Source: an uncultured archaeon (GTDB lineage: Archaea > Asgardarchaeota > Thorarchaeia > Thorarchaeales > Thorarchaeaceae). From it: a DNA stretch of 64,000 nt. Shown piece after piece: positions 30,092 to 39,184 of this stretch; position 1 is the first letter of the stretch; the number at the start of each line of letters is the position of its first letter. Made by a program: the position numbers and the translations under genes. Below the pieces are notes generated by a model. It was not told where the DNA came from and made no database searches. It saw only the letters and a program-made list of their open reading frames with translations. The DNA is taken from contig CAZLEV010000007.1 of NCBI GenBank assembly GCA_964558645.1, forward strand, positions 32,001 through 96,000, read 5' to 3'.

Positions 30092-30850
30092 CTATCGGAT
30101 TACATCGTATATCTTGTCCATGCATTGGGCGAACTCGCTGTCTGGGTGTCTTAGGATAACAACGTATCTGCTGCCTGCCTCGATGAGAATGGGAAGCAGG
30201 GGTATTATCGTTGCGACTTTAGTTTTGAATTTCTGTTGGACCTCTTTGATGATGGCTTCATCCTCGTAGATTTTTGGCTTCTTGTTGACTATGATCTTGA
30301 TATCGGGGACCTGCAGCTTTCTGGCAACGCTCAGTGTTGCTGCTGTGCCTAGAAGGTCCTGTTCATCGATTCGTGCGACCACAAATAGGAAGTCAGCTGT
30401 TGCCATTGAAAGGAGAGTTTCTCTATCAAGCCCAGGATGAGTATCAATGATCAGGTAGTCGAGATCCTTCTTCTCTATTACCTCATTGAAACCGTTTCTC
30501 AAATCACTGACTTCGTAGCCTTCGCGAAGGATTCGAGTTATATCTGAGGCGGTCATCGAACTCGGAATGAGGAAGAGCTTGCCGTTCTTGATGCGCTGTT
30601 GTTTTGTGATATCCAGACATGCATCGGTAATGTCACACTCGCCCCGTAGGTAGTCATTCAGAGTGTACTTCTGTTTCTGTCTGCCTAGACCAAAAATGAC
30701 GTGGATCCCTGGAGATGCCATGTCCGTATCCATTACTGCGACCCGCTTTCCATCAAGGGCTGCGGCTGCGGCAAGATTTGCGGCAATGTTACTCTTGCCC
30801 GTACCTCCTCTAAAGGAATGGATGCTGACTATCTGTCCAACCATCTTCAT
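30092..30850 (-). CDS. MinD/ParA-family ATPase
   Basis: Deviant Walker A SFRGGTGKS, VMDTD and YLIIDTHPGL. Confidence 0.92.
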   Translation of the reverse strand: MKMVGQIVSIHSFRGGTGKSNIAANLAAAAALDGKRVAVMDTDMASPGIHVIFGLGRQKQKYTLNDYLRGECDITDACLDITKQQRIKNGKLFLIPSSMTASDITRILREGYEVSDLRNGFNEVIEKKDLDYLIIDTHPGLDRETLLSMATADFLFVVARIDEQDLLGTAATLSVARKLQVPDIKIIVNKKPKIYEDEAIIKEVQQKFKTKVATIIPLLPILIEAGSRYVVILRHPDSEFAQCMDKIYDVIR

Positions 30851-30853
30851 TCA

Positions 30854-32140
30854 TCACCTTATGTATCGAAGTGCCCTGGTTGTTTCCCAAGTCACGTGTT
30901 TCCCGAGCTTGCGAAGAACCTCAATGATTCTGTTGACCGGGATAGAAGTCCGTGATGATATTTCGCTGAGCGACAGGCTACCATCACAGTACTTCCATAT
31001 CGAATCAATGATGTCGTAGTCTCTCTTAGGGATTCCTATGACCTCTAGGTATGCAGCAAATCTGTCGTCTCGTTCGTCCATAACAGGAAAGAGCTTGGCT
31101 ATATGAGCCACACCTCTGGAGATGAGAGTTGCCAAAGCCTCAGTGAGGTTGCCTTTTGGAATTGAGTTTTCTTCGGCTATCTCACCTACCGTCTTCTTAC
31201 CATCTGCAGTCTTTAGAATCTTGATAGCTGCAGATTGTGAAGCTTCAGACATATTATCAAACAAGGCTCTTGAACGCGAAAGTGCTTCATCAGTCGGGAC
31301 AAGAAGCTCAATGGTATCGTGAGGATAGAATGAGCCGGGCTCGTCTATCTGTTCCTTGTGAATCAGACGCATCTTGCAGAAATCGACTCTGGAGATCAGT
31401 TTCATGAAGGGTTCAGTAAGCTTCCGGTAGACCTCAATTTCTTGACCTGCCCTGACAACAAATGTGCAGACTCCGACATCACACTTAGCGATGAAGAAAG
31501 AAGAAACTGGATCTAGGCTGGTGTGGACTACCATCAGGTTCTTCTCAACCCCTTTCTCATTCAGGCTGTGAAGCAAATCAAGAATCGCCTCCAGTTCATA
31601 TGCTCGGAGATTGGATACAACGATATGCCCATCCCATGTCAAGAGTCCGCCTCGTAAGATGCTGTCATGGGCTTCAATTTCAGATAAGACAACTTTCATC
31701 TGTCGAAGCTCTTCAGGAGGAAGCAGAGCTGTGTCATATCTCCGTGCTAGACTTGGGATTCCATCGAACTTCTGCAGTGTCATCTCGACAGAATCAGTGA
31801 ACATTCTGAAGTTCTTGAAGAAGACATCTTCGTTCTTGAGTTGAGCATAGAACTTACTCACAAACTGCTCTGCCAACTCTTCAAGAATAACACGATAAAT
31901 CTCTGCACTGTCGTCCTGAGAAACGAGCGCAATGAAGAACAAGTCTCCTTTCTTGACCCACACAAACTTGCTCTCTGCAAATGACATCATAGTCAGTTGC
32001 TCTTCGCCTGTCTGCTCTACCAGCAGACCAATAGCTGACAGGAACGCGCTAACGATTTCATCGAGTTTCTTTGTTCCATAGACGCTGTAGTGGAAAAGTG
32101 GAATTCCCGAATCACGCAAAATCACGATCTCTTTGACCAC
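30854..32140 (-). CDS. Longin + roadblock/LC7 + tandem winged-helix protein
   Basis: N-terminal ILRDSGIPLFHY...IVSAFLSAI (longin); middle VLSEIEAHDSILRGGLLTWDGHIVVSNL (roadblock); two wHTH (ADGKKTVGEIAE, YCDGSLSLSEISS). Confidence 0.75.
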   Translation of the reverse strand: MVKEIVILRDSGIPLFHYSVYGTKKLDEIVSAFLSAIGLLVEQTGEEQLTMMSFAESKFVWVKKGDLFFIALVSQDDSAEIYRVILEELAEQFVSKFYAQLKNEDVFFKNFRMFTDSVEMTLQKFDGIPSLARRYDTALLPPEELRQMKVVLSEIEAHDSILRGGLLTWDGHIVVSNLRAYELEAILDLLHSLNEKGVEKNLMVVHTSLDPVSSFFIAKCDVGVCTFVVRAGQEIEVYRKLTEPFMKLISRVDFCKMRLIHKEQIDEPGSFYPHDTIELLVPTDEALSRSRALFDNMSEASQSAAIKILKTADGKKTVGEIAEENSIPKGNLTEALATLISRGVAHIAKLFPVMDERDDRFAAYLEVIGIPKRDYDIIDSIWKYCDGSLSLSEISSRTSIPVNRIIEVLRKLGKHVTWETTRALRYIR

Positions 32141-32218
32141 TTTGCCACGACCTTAAGCGCTATTGTGTCCCTTGAGCTTTGCCTGCATATAACTGCTATC
32201 AGTGGATGAGAGCCGATT

Positions 32219-33133
32219 CTACTCGATTCCCCAATCATAATCAAGAGTGTTCTGGACTCCCATCAGTTTCCAGTCAACTTCGTCCCCCAGTTTTTCAAGC
32301 ACTTCATGCATGCGTTCTGATGTTACTCCAAGTCTTTCCGATATTTCTTCGATTGTTCTCTGCCCATTGCAGAGAGGCTTAGCCCGTTTCAAGAGCTGGT
32401 AGTCCTTTCTTGGTAGACCTACCAGGTCGAGATAAGCATCGAAGCGAGAATCATTCTCTTTGAGAAGCGGGCACAGTCTCATTACCTCCAAGACGCCCCA
32501 AATCGCCAAGTACTCGATGATTTCCGTTACCTCTTCCTCTTCTATACCAATGCGCACACTGATGGCATTGATCGTTGAACGCCCGTCGATTGCATCAAGA
32601 ACACTACTGCCTGTTCCAGCAAAATCCCTATGAAACTCGTCCAAGAGGCCTTCTGAATCGATTGCTGCTTGCAGCACATCTCTCCTGATAATAGGTACCA
32701 CAAAAGAGGTAAGACTTGATGTTGTTTTTAGGACTCCTTGATAGAATGTCATGGCACGTCTGACTTCGTACTCAAAGTCTCCGAACTTCTGCGCTATGCA
32801 GTTATCGCCATTGAGTTCTGCTCTGTATCTCGTTATGAACTTCCGGCTCAGGTCCTTGAGAACTGCTCTTAGCAGCCTCATCGGAGCTCCCGTGTCTACC
32901 AGAAACAGGAATATTTCTTCCTGTTCAGGTTGTTCATAGAGAACTTCGGAACCTTGGAAAGAGAGACTCTGAACAGATTTTTCGCCAAACTCGGCGGCGA
33001 AGCTCGATATGGCGGACAGAAACCCAGACAGCAGTTCATCAAGGCGTCGGATACTCGTGGGGGAGTAGTGGAAGATTGGTACACCGCCTGCGGTAATGAC
33101 CATGAACTCTTGAATCTTCAGTCTGTTTGCCAA
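32219..33133 (-). CDS. Longin + tandem winged-helix protein (NPRL2-like architecture), paralogue of the adjacent gene
   Basis: VITAGGVPIFHY...LLSGFLSAISSF (longin); IDGRSTINAIS and CNGQRTIEEIS wHTH. Shares DxRFxAYLxxxGxPxxDY with 30854..32140. Confidence 0.75.
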   Translation of the reverse strand: MANRLKIQEFMVITAGGVPIFHYSPTSIRRLDELLSGFLSAISSFAAEFGEKSVQSLSFQGSEVLYEQPEQEEIFLFLVDTGAPMRLLRAVLKDLSRKFITRYRAELNGDNCIAQKFGDFEYEVRRAMTFYQGVLKTTSSLTSFVVPIIRRDVLQAAIDSEGLLDEFHRDFAGTGSSVLDAIDGRSTINAISVRIGIEEEEVTEIIEYLAIWGVLEVMRLCPLLKENDSRFDAYLDLVGLPRKDYQLLKRAKPLCNGQRTIEEISERLGVTSERMHEVLEKLGDEVDWKLMGVQNTLDYDWGIE

Positions 33134-33277
33134 TAGCAGGGCACCACTGAGAGGGTTCCAACATATGTGATTTTAAGCTATGGTATTCGTCCCTTCTTGG
33201 ATGTATTGCCGAGAATCGGTAGGAATCGGCTTATTAGACGGGACGCTTGCAAGATATCTCGTTGTTCGGTGAGGAAG

Positions 33278-34882
33278 ATGCTTGAATATCGCCGCTTTCC
33301 GTGGAGGACTACATTCTACTACTTGCTCTATGCACCGGTTCTGTCCTACTTCTTATCGGTCATTGGTCGTCTTATGGATGCAACTCTGTTTTATTTCGAT
33401 TCTGGCCAACACTTGTATCTTCTAGGAATATCTTCAGCATGTGGGGCTCTTGGACTGCTCGCCAGTGCAATGGTAGTTGACAGAACTCGAAAGACCGACT
33501 TACTCATGATAGTAGCATCCCTCTTTCCCTTGGGACTTGGAATGGCGATTTCGATTCTGGGTTCACCAAGTACTCACAGCCCTTCGATTGAATATGCTTT
33601 GGCCGGATCCGTCTTCTTCGGTCTGTGCCTGCTGCTTGTAAGCTGGACCAATCAGCTTAATGAGACCGTGGTTGTTCGATTCAGGGGGCGTATTGCTGCT
33701 TTTTTCCTGTTCCTCTCATTGCTGATTCTGTTTATTTACAATCTTCTCGGCCTAACGGAAGTCATAATCGAGGTCTTTGGAACTCCGTTGATAGAAACCG
33801 TGGCCACAGTATCTGTGTTTATTGCAGCAGCCTTCAGACCGTGGACGTGGGCGCATCATCCGCTCGCCGTGAGGGGTAAGACATCTGGGTACTTCTTCCC
33901 GATGGTTCTAATTCTAGGTGCACACATTCTATGGTACTTCTCGACGAAGAGTAACGTGGCAGCCCTGTTTGAATTCACAGGGGAATCCTGGTCGGGATCT
34001 ATTGCCATCGATTCAGACTGGAGTCTCTACCAACCACTGATGCTCGGTGTGGGTATCATTGTGGCAGGTTTACTTGCAGATACAAAGGGCCGCAAGTCCG
34101 CCTTCAGTTTCGCCGTTCTCTTGATGGGAATGCTTGCCATCTTCGGGTCTGCAACTTATGGCCTGGTTTCTGTTGGCGGGACCACAGAAGTGCTTCTGCG
34201 CTCAGGGACACTCCTCGTTGGAGAGCGATTCGTCGAAGGATATTTTCTGGGGCTTTGTTCTCTCTTGATCTGGGGCGAGATTGGTATGCCCAAGAATCGC
34301 GCTCTGAGACTTTCACTTGTTTGGCTCTTCTTCATTGGCTATATGGCTCTATTCTGGGCTGTTGACCTGCAGGCATTTGGATGGGGAATCCCTGCATGGG
34401 TTACGGAGCTGGGGCGTGAATTTGCAATAGTTCTATCGCTTCTTGGTCTGTACTGGACTGCGAATCTTCCTGAAATCTTGGGACGCGAAATCGAGATGGA
34501 GAAACTCGAACTGGACTTTGATGAAGATCTAGTTGAAGAAACAGTTGAGGCCTTTGTTGAAGCAGATGATTTCGAATCGATAAGAAGCCAACTGGAGATT
34601 ATCGACACTACACCGGACATCAGTGATACTGAGATGTCTGAGATTCTTGGTGAAGATTTCAACGACATTCTTCCCATGCGGAGAATTCCTGGAATCGGGC
34701 CTGCATTAGAAGAGAAGCTCCGAAAGGCAGGTTATGTCTCCGCAGCTCAAATCGCAGGAGAAATCCCATCACGTCTGGCGTCCAAAGTGCAAGGGATGAG
34801 TGAGAAGGGAGCCGACAAAATAATACGGGCTGCAAGAAGCCGTGTCAAGGAAACACTGGACTCTGAGAATCTTACCAAGTGA
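33278..34882 (+). CDS. MFS-like ~12-TM membrane protein with acidic linker and C-terminal helix-hairpin-helix domain
   Basis: LLADTKGRK MFS motif-A-like loop; C-terminal IPGIGPALEEKLRKAGY...VQGMSEKGADKII. ATG 33278 follows GGTGAGG. Confidence 0.75.
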   Translation: MLEYRRFPWRTTFYYLLYAPVLSYFLSVIGRLMDATLFYFDSGQHLYLLGISSACGALGLLASAMVVDRTRKTDLLMIVASLFPLGLGMAISILGSPSTHSPSIEYALAGSVFFGLCLLLVSWTNQLNETVVVRFRGRIAAFFLFLSLLILFIYNLLGLTEVIIEVFGTPLIETVATVSVFIAAAFRPWTWAHHPLAVRGKTSGYFFPMVLILGAHILWYFSTKSNVAALFEFTGESWSGSIAIDSDWSLYQPLMLGVGIIVAGLLADTKGRKSAFSFAVLLMGMLAIFGSATYGLVSVGGTTEVLLRSGTLLVGERFVEGYFLGLCSLLIWGEIGMPKNRALRLSLVWLFFIGYMALFWAVDLQAFGWGIPAWVTELGREFAIVLSLLGLYWTANLPEILGREIEMEKLELDFDEDLVEETVEAFVEADDFESIRSQLEIIDTTPDISDTEMSEILGEDFNDILPMRRIPGIGPALEEKLRKAGYVSAAQIAGEIPSRLASKVQGMSEKGADKIIRAARSRVKETLDSENLTK

Positions 34883-34897
34883 TAACACCAGGACAGT

Positions 34898-35752
34898 TCA
34901 TTCAGACTTCGCTAAGAGGTTCTTCTTTGTCCTGACTCCATTCTCCTTTCGATGCGGGGTTCTCAATACGCTGTCATTCCCCTTCTCGATCTCTCGAGCT
35001 TCGTCAATGAGATGCGAGGCTGCACGCACCATCTCATGGGCTGCTGCAACCATCATTAGGTACTTGTTGCGTTCTCTTTCCCGGAAACAGGCATAGGTTG
35101 TTATTGGTGCGACAGCTTCTAAGATGTGAAGGGCTGCGTGTGCTTTGGCTGCGGCGTACGGGTTAGCGAAGCTCGCATGCTCTACCGCATATCCTTTTTT
35201 GAGGATCATACGAGGAAGCTCTACTTCTCCCTTTCTTATTGATTCTAGTGCGCCATCAATCAAATGGTGTGTGGCTCTTATGACGCCTGCTGAGGCCAGC
35301 ACATTGACAATGTGTCCGTTGAAGATCACCATTTCGGTTGCATCGAGAAAGTCTCTGCGCGCACCAATCATCGGGTCCATCGGAATCATGATGAATCCTT
35401 CGTCATCAGGAAGGTCGGCTAGAATCTCTCCGTCTTTTCGGAGGAACGCTCTCTTGCCCGGGGCATCTGTAACCGTAATGCTCGGATAACCTGCCTCTGT
35501 CAGTATCGAGCGGACGGCAGCAGGGCCCGGCAGTGAGGCATTAGGAGTTGCGATCAAGAAGAGGTCTGCCTTTGTCTTCTTTGCCTGCTCTGCGGCATCC
35601 TGACATAGATTCGGTGTCAATTTGGAACCCGTTCCGAAGCTGACCACCTCAATGTCTTCTCTTTCAGCTCTCTCATCCAGAATCAAATCAATGAATGGTA
35701 GGCTCCCAATGCAGCCCAGTTTCACCACTGCTAGTTTCATCTTCTTCACCAT
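34898..35752 (-). CDS. mtd: F420-dependent methylene-H4MPT dehydrogenase
   Basis: KLGCIG, DLILDERAEREDI, PNASLPGP, DPMIGARRDFLDATEM, AAAHE and VLRTPH motifs. Confidence 0.92.
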   Translation of the reverse strand: MVKKMKLAVVKLGCIGSLPFIDLILDERAEREDIEVVSFGTGSKLTPNLCQDAAEQAKKTKADLFLIATPNASLPGPAAVRSILTEAGYPSITVTDAPGKRAFLRKDGEILADLPDDEGFIMIPMDPMIGARRDFLDATEMVIFNGHIVNVLASAGVIRATHHLIDGALESIRKGEVELPRMILKKGYAVEHASFANPYAAAKAHAALHILEAVAPITTYACFRERERNKYLMMVAAAHEMVRAASHLIDEAREIEKGNDSVLRTPHRKENGVRTKKNLLAKSE

Positions 35753-35802
35753 AAGCAATCCCGTCGTGCGAACACTGGAATAGCAAGCAAAAACGCTTTT
35801 GG

Positions 35803-36738
35803 TCATTCATCTTTGTTGAGTTGGACCTTCGGATAGTATGCTAGACCTGTCCCTCCAAGGATGTCTACCTTGTCCAGTCGTGCACCACACGCAGCACAAT
35901 CAAGTACAATTCTAGAGTCCGCCGAAGCCGTACTACAGCTGTTGCAGAGTAGTTCCACATCTAAGACATTCAAGTTGGCAACATCGATAGACTTCCTGCA
36001 GTGTTGGCATGCTACCTCAAGTAGATCGTCCACTATCACGGTTTGAGTCCTCTTGCCGCAGTGGGGACAGAAGATTTGGTAAACTTTGTAGAGGTCTACA
36101 CTTCCGCAACTGGGGCACGACAGAAGAACATGGATTTCACTCGAGCCGCATTTTCTACACTGAATCTTTCTGCCATACGTCTTGGCCACAATCACGCCAG
36201 CATTCTCAAGATCACTGAGGGTTCGTGACACTTCTTCATCAGAGCCAGAGAGGCGGTGAGAAGCCTCTGGATATACCTCAACTCCCTTCATGACGCTACG
36301 CGGACGCAAGACCTCAATGTGTCCTTCAATCATGTCCTGCAAGAGCGCCCTGACTTCCTTCTGTTGAAGCAAATCATCTCCAGTTGACCGCTCTAGTAGC
36401 TGGTTAAGTCTCGTGAATGCTCTACTTATCTCGGTGTCCCAATCGGTGCTGTTGAAGTCAATCTCTTCAGAGAGTCTCTGCAGGTTTCTCTCAACGAGCT
36501 GTGGTTTATCGTCCCTGTCTAACAGAACTGCTATGCAGTTGGGAGACTGTAACAAGGATATCACAAGTCCCCTATTCAAGTTGCAGTAGCCGATTCTGGC
36601 CTCTTGGTTGACTCCGTGTCCCATGAAGATCGCAACGGCATCCTCACTACTGAGTTCCTGTTCATCAGGGGGATATGCTCGGCCGACCATGGGTCCCAGA
36701 CGGTCGTCCCACCAGATAGAAAACATTGCCTTTGGCAT
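35803..36738 (-). CDS. uDENN/longin-like N-terminus fused to wHTH and multi-Zn-ribbon (TackOD1-like) domain
   Basis: FSIWWDDRLGPMVGRAYP start; EEVSRTLSDLENAGVI; six CxxC pairs. Confidence 0.6.
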   Translation of the reverse strand: MPKAMFSIWWDDRLGPMVGRAYPPDEQELSSEDAVAIFMGHGVNQEARIGYCNLNRGLVISLLQSPNCIAVLLDRDDKPQLVERNLQRLSEEIDFNSTDWDTEISRAFTRLNQLLERSTGDDLLQQKEVRALLQDMIEGHIEVLRPRSVMKGVEVYPEASHRLSGSDEEVSRTLSDLENAGVIVAKTYGRKIQCRKCGSSEIHVLLSCPSCGSVDLYKVYQIFCPHCGKRTQTVIVDDLLEVACQHCRKSIDVANLNVLDVELLCNSCSTASADSRIVLDCAACGARLDKVDILGGTGLAYYPKVQLNKDE

Positions 36739-36892
36739 GGTCTGCAGACGGTCTCCACATGTTTTGGTGTTTGTTCCCTTATCGGCTTAATAGCGTTGGG
36801 TGCATGAACTCGATGGACGGTAAAGTATAAAACCACGCCTCTGGGTTCGACCGTTACAGAACGAGACTTGGTTATACAAGGGTGTCAGATAG

Positions 36893-38632
36893 ATGTTCTC
36901 CAGACAGATAACGAAATCAATTGTACTAATGATGTGCATATGGTTGGCTCTGAGCCCGACGTTTTCCAGAGTACACAATATGAGCAACTCCTTCACTGAG
37001 GCAAACACTGTTCATGAGCTTGCAGAAATCTCGATCGAGGATGTAAAGGACATTGAAATGGAGAATGGTACTCGTGGTGAGAGAATAGTCTGGAATGCAA
37101 CTGCCGAAGAACCGAAGAATTTCACCATTACCAGAGATGGAGATGACTACGATTCGGGGGACTGGGACGGTGGGCTTCTCACGGTGGACTTGGACCATCT
37201 CTATGAACAGAATCTCACTTACTCGTTGAATGTGACATTTACCTTTGTCTGTACGGTATTCAATCAGGCGAATGAATCTGCATCCGATGCCGTTGATGTC
37301 ACTGTTTATCCTGATGAGAGACCACCAATCATAGAGGCGCCTGACGATTTCGAGTACGAAGAGGGGAGTTTTGGTCACGAGATTCGATGGAACATAACTG
37401 AATCAAACCCCGATTTCTACAACATCACGAGGCAATCAAATCAAGATACAGACAATTTCACAATAATCGAGAGTGGTGCCTGGGATGGAAGCAATATCAC
37501 TCTCAATGTTGATGGATTGAATGCATCTTATTGGTATGCCTTCACTCTGTTTGTGAATGATACTCTGGGATTCAACGCCACCAGTACAGTCAACGTCACT
37601 GTGTACCCTGACCTCAGCGATCCCGAGCTGTCCTCGGCTGAGGATGTTACATATGAGTTCGGTGCCAAGGGTAATAGCATATCTTGGTTCGCCTACGATA
37701 GCAACCCTAGCAATCTTTCGCTGACAGTGTATATCCACTACATCAATGAAACATATGGCAATACAACAAATCTGCATACCCCCCAGAACTTCACGGCTGA
37801 TTGGAGCTTCGATAAGCCCAAGGGGGATAACATCACATTCACACTTGACTATCTATACCTAGGCAACTATACATTTGAGTTGACGGTCTTTGACGCTTAT
37901 GGTCGCAACGCCTCTGATTCTGCGAATGTGACTGTCTTTAGGGACTTGCGTGCTCCTATTGTATCTACTAATGACAGCTTTTCCTATGAGGAAGGATTCA
38001 CTGGATATTCTATAGTCTGGTCCGCAGAGGAAAACAACCCAAGACTCTTCAACTTAACTCTAAACGGTTCGGTTCTTCAAGCTGGTGCCTGGGATGGGAA
38101 GAACATAACCACCAGCGCTGACGGATTGTCAGTAGGTTCTCATACATTCAATCTGACACTGGTAGACTATTTCAATCAGACTACGATATCACTTGTTGGT
38201 GTTACAGTCACCCCTGATTCCATTCTTCCTATGGTGAGTCAGCTACAGGTCCTGCAAGCATATGCCTCCCCCGGGATGACCAACATGTCAGTCCAAGCTT
38301 ATGTGTGGGACCTCAATGATGTCAGGAATGTGACTCTTGAATGGGGCACCGACCCCTCAAATCCTGCGAACAAGAGCATGGATCGAATGTCGAATGATTT
38401 CTACTATGCATCAGTGGGCGCTTATCCTGTTGGAACAAAGGTCTGGTATCGTGTGGTAGCCGTGGACAACTCCTCACAGAACAACGCATTCACTACAGAA
38501 TGGACAGTGATCGAGATTCGCGACATACAGAGTCCAAAGACACCTGCGATATTATGGGGAACCATTCTCGCCCTGGGTGTAGTATCAAGCCTGGTCCTGC
38601 TCTCCATCTACTTCAGAACCAAGACTAGATAG
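36893..38632 (+). CDS. Surface glycoprotein with tandem Ig-like repeats and C-terminal TM
   Basis: Signal peptide; repeats YEEGxxGxxIxW...GxWDG; many NxS/T sequons; TM followed by RTKTR. Confidence 0.85.
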   Translation: MFSRQITKSIVLMMCIWLALSPTFSRVHNMSNSFTEANTVHELAEISIEDVKDIEMENGTRGERIVWNATAEEPKNFTITRDGDDYDSGDWDGGLLTVDLDHLYEQNLTYSLNVTFTFVCTVFNQANESASDAVDVTVYPDERPPIIEAPDDFEYEEGSFGHEIRWNITESNPDFYNITRQSNQDTDNFTIIESGAWDGSNITLNVDGLNASYWYAFTLFVNDTLGFNATSTVNVTVYPDLSDPELSSAEDVTYEFGAKGNSISWFAYDSNPSNLSLTVYIHYINETYGNTTNLHTPQNFTADWSFDKPKGDNITFTLDYLYLGNYTFELTVFDAYGRNASDSANVTVFRDLRAPIVSTNDSFSYEEGFTGYSIVWSAEENNPRLFNLTLNGSVLQAGAWDGKNITTSADGLSVGSHTFNLTLVDYFNQTTISLVGVTVTPDSILPMVSQLQVLQAYASPGMTNMSVQAYVWDLNDVRNVTLEWGTDPSNPANKSMDRMSNDFYYASVGAYPVGTKVWYRVVAVDNSSQNNAFTTEWTVIEIRDIQSPKTPAILWGTILALGVVSSLVLLSIYFRTKTR

Positions 38633-39140
38633 AGCCCTTGAGAAGTGATACAACGCGGTTGGGAATCTCGTCCCGGTCTTGATGTGTTATTTCCATTAAG
38701 GTGACATCATCCCTAGAACGAATCTCATCCAAGAACTCTGTGGACTTGTTCTGTATTGTACCTATCATCTTACCTGCATCCAGACAGTTCAGAACTTCAG
38801 TCTTGAACTGCGGGGAGAAGAGCTCCATTTTCGCTATCTCATCGACTATGACAATCTTCTCCTCATTTCGTGCCTGTCTCATTGCAGGTACAGCAATCTC
38901 ACGAACAGCAGTCACGTTAACGGTGTACTTGCTGACTCTTGGTCCGGCTGAGAGCTGGACATGGGCCAGAATGCCTTCGAGTCCATCTATTGTCCGAATC
39001 TTAAATCCGACTCTGTGTCTCCCCTCGCGTATCTCTTCAGACCAGAATCCTCCTGTCCTACTTGGCCCTATCTTGGAAACTATTCGTCGTATGGCAGTTG
39101 TCTTTCCAACCCCTGGTGTTCCTGTGATCAGAATATTCAA
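38625..39140 (-). CDS. NTPase (THEP1/NTPase_1 family)
   Basis: ITGTPGVGKTT, RVGF, RVSKYTV and IVDEIAKMEL motifs. Confidence 0.92.
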   Translation of the reverse strand: MNILITGTPGVGKTTAIRRIVSKIGPSRTGGFWSEEIREGRHRVGFKIRTIDGLEGILAHVQLSAGPRVSKYTVNVTAVREIAVPAMRQARNEEKIVIVDEIAKMELFSPQFKTEVLNCLDAGKMIGTIQNKSTEFLDEIRSRDDVTLMEITHQDRDEIPNRVVSLLKGSI

Positions 39141-39184
39141 TCGTACGCCTCACTTTGGGTACTTGAAGCCCGTATCATTGTCTA

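Noticed and set aside
34898-35752. Evidence of methanogenesis
   Set aside because: Mtd alone is also used in non-methanogenic H4MPT pathways; no mcr or mtr genes are in the window.
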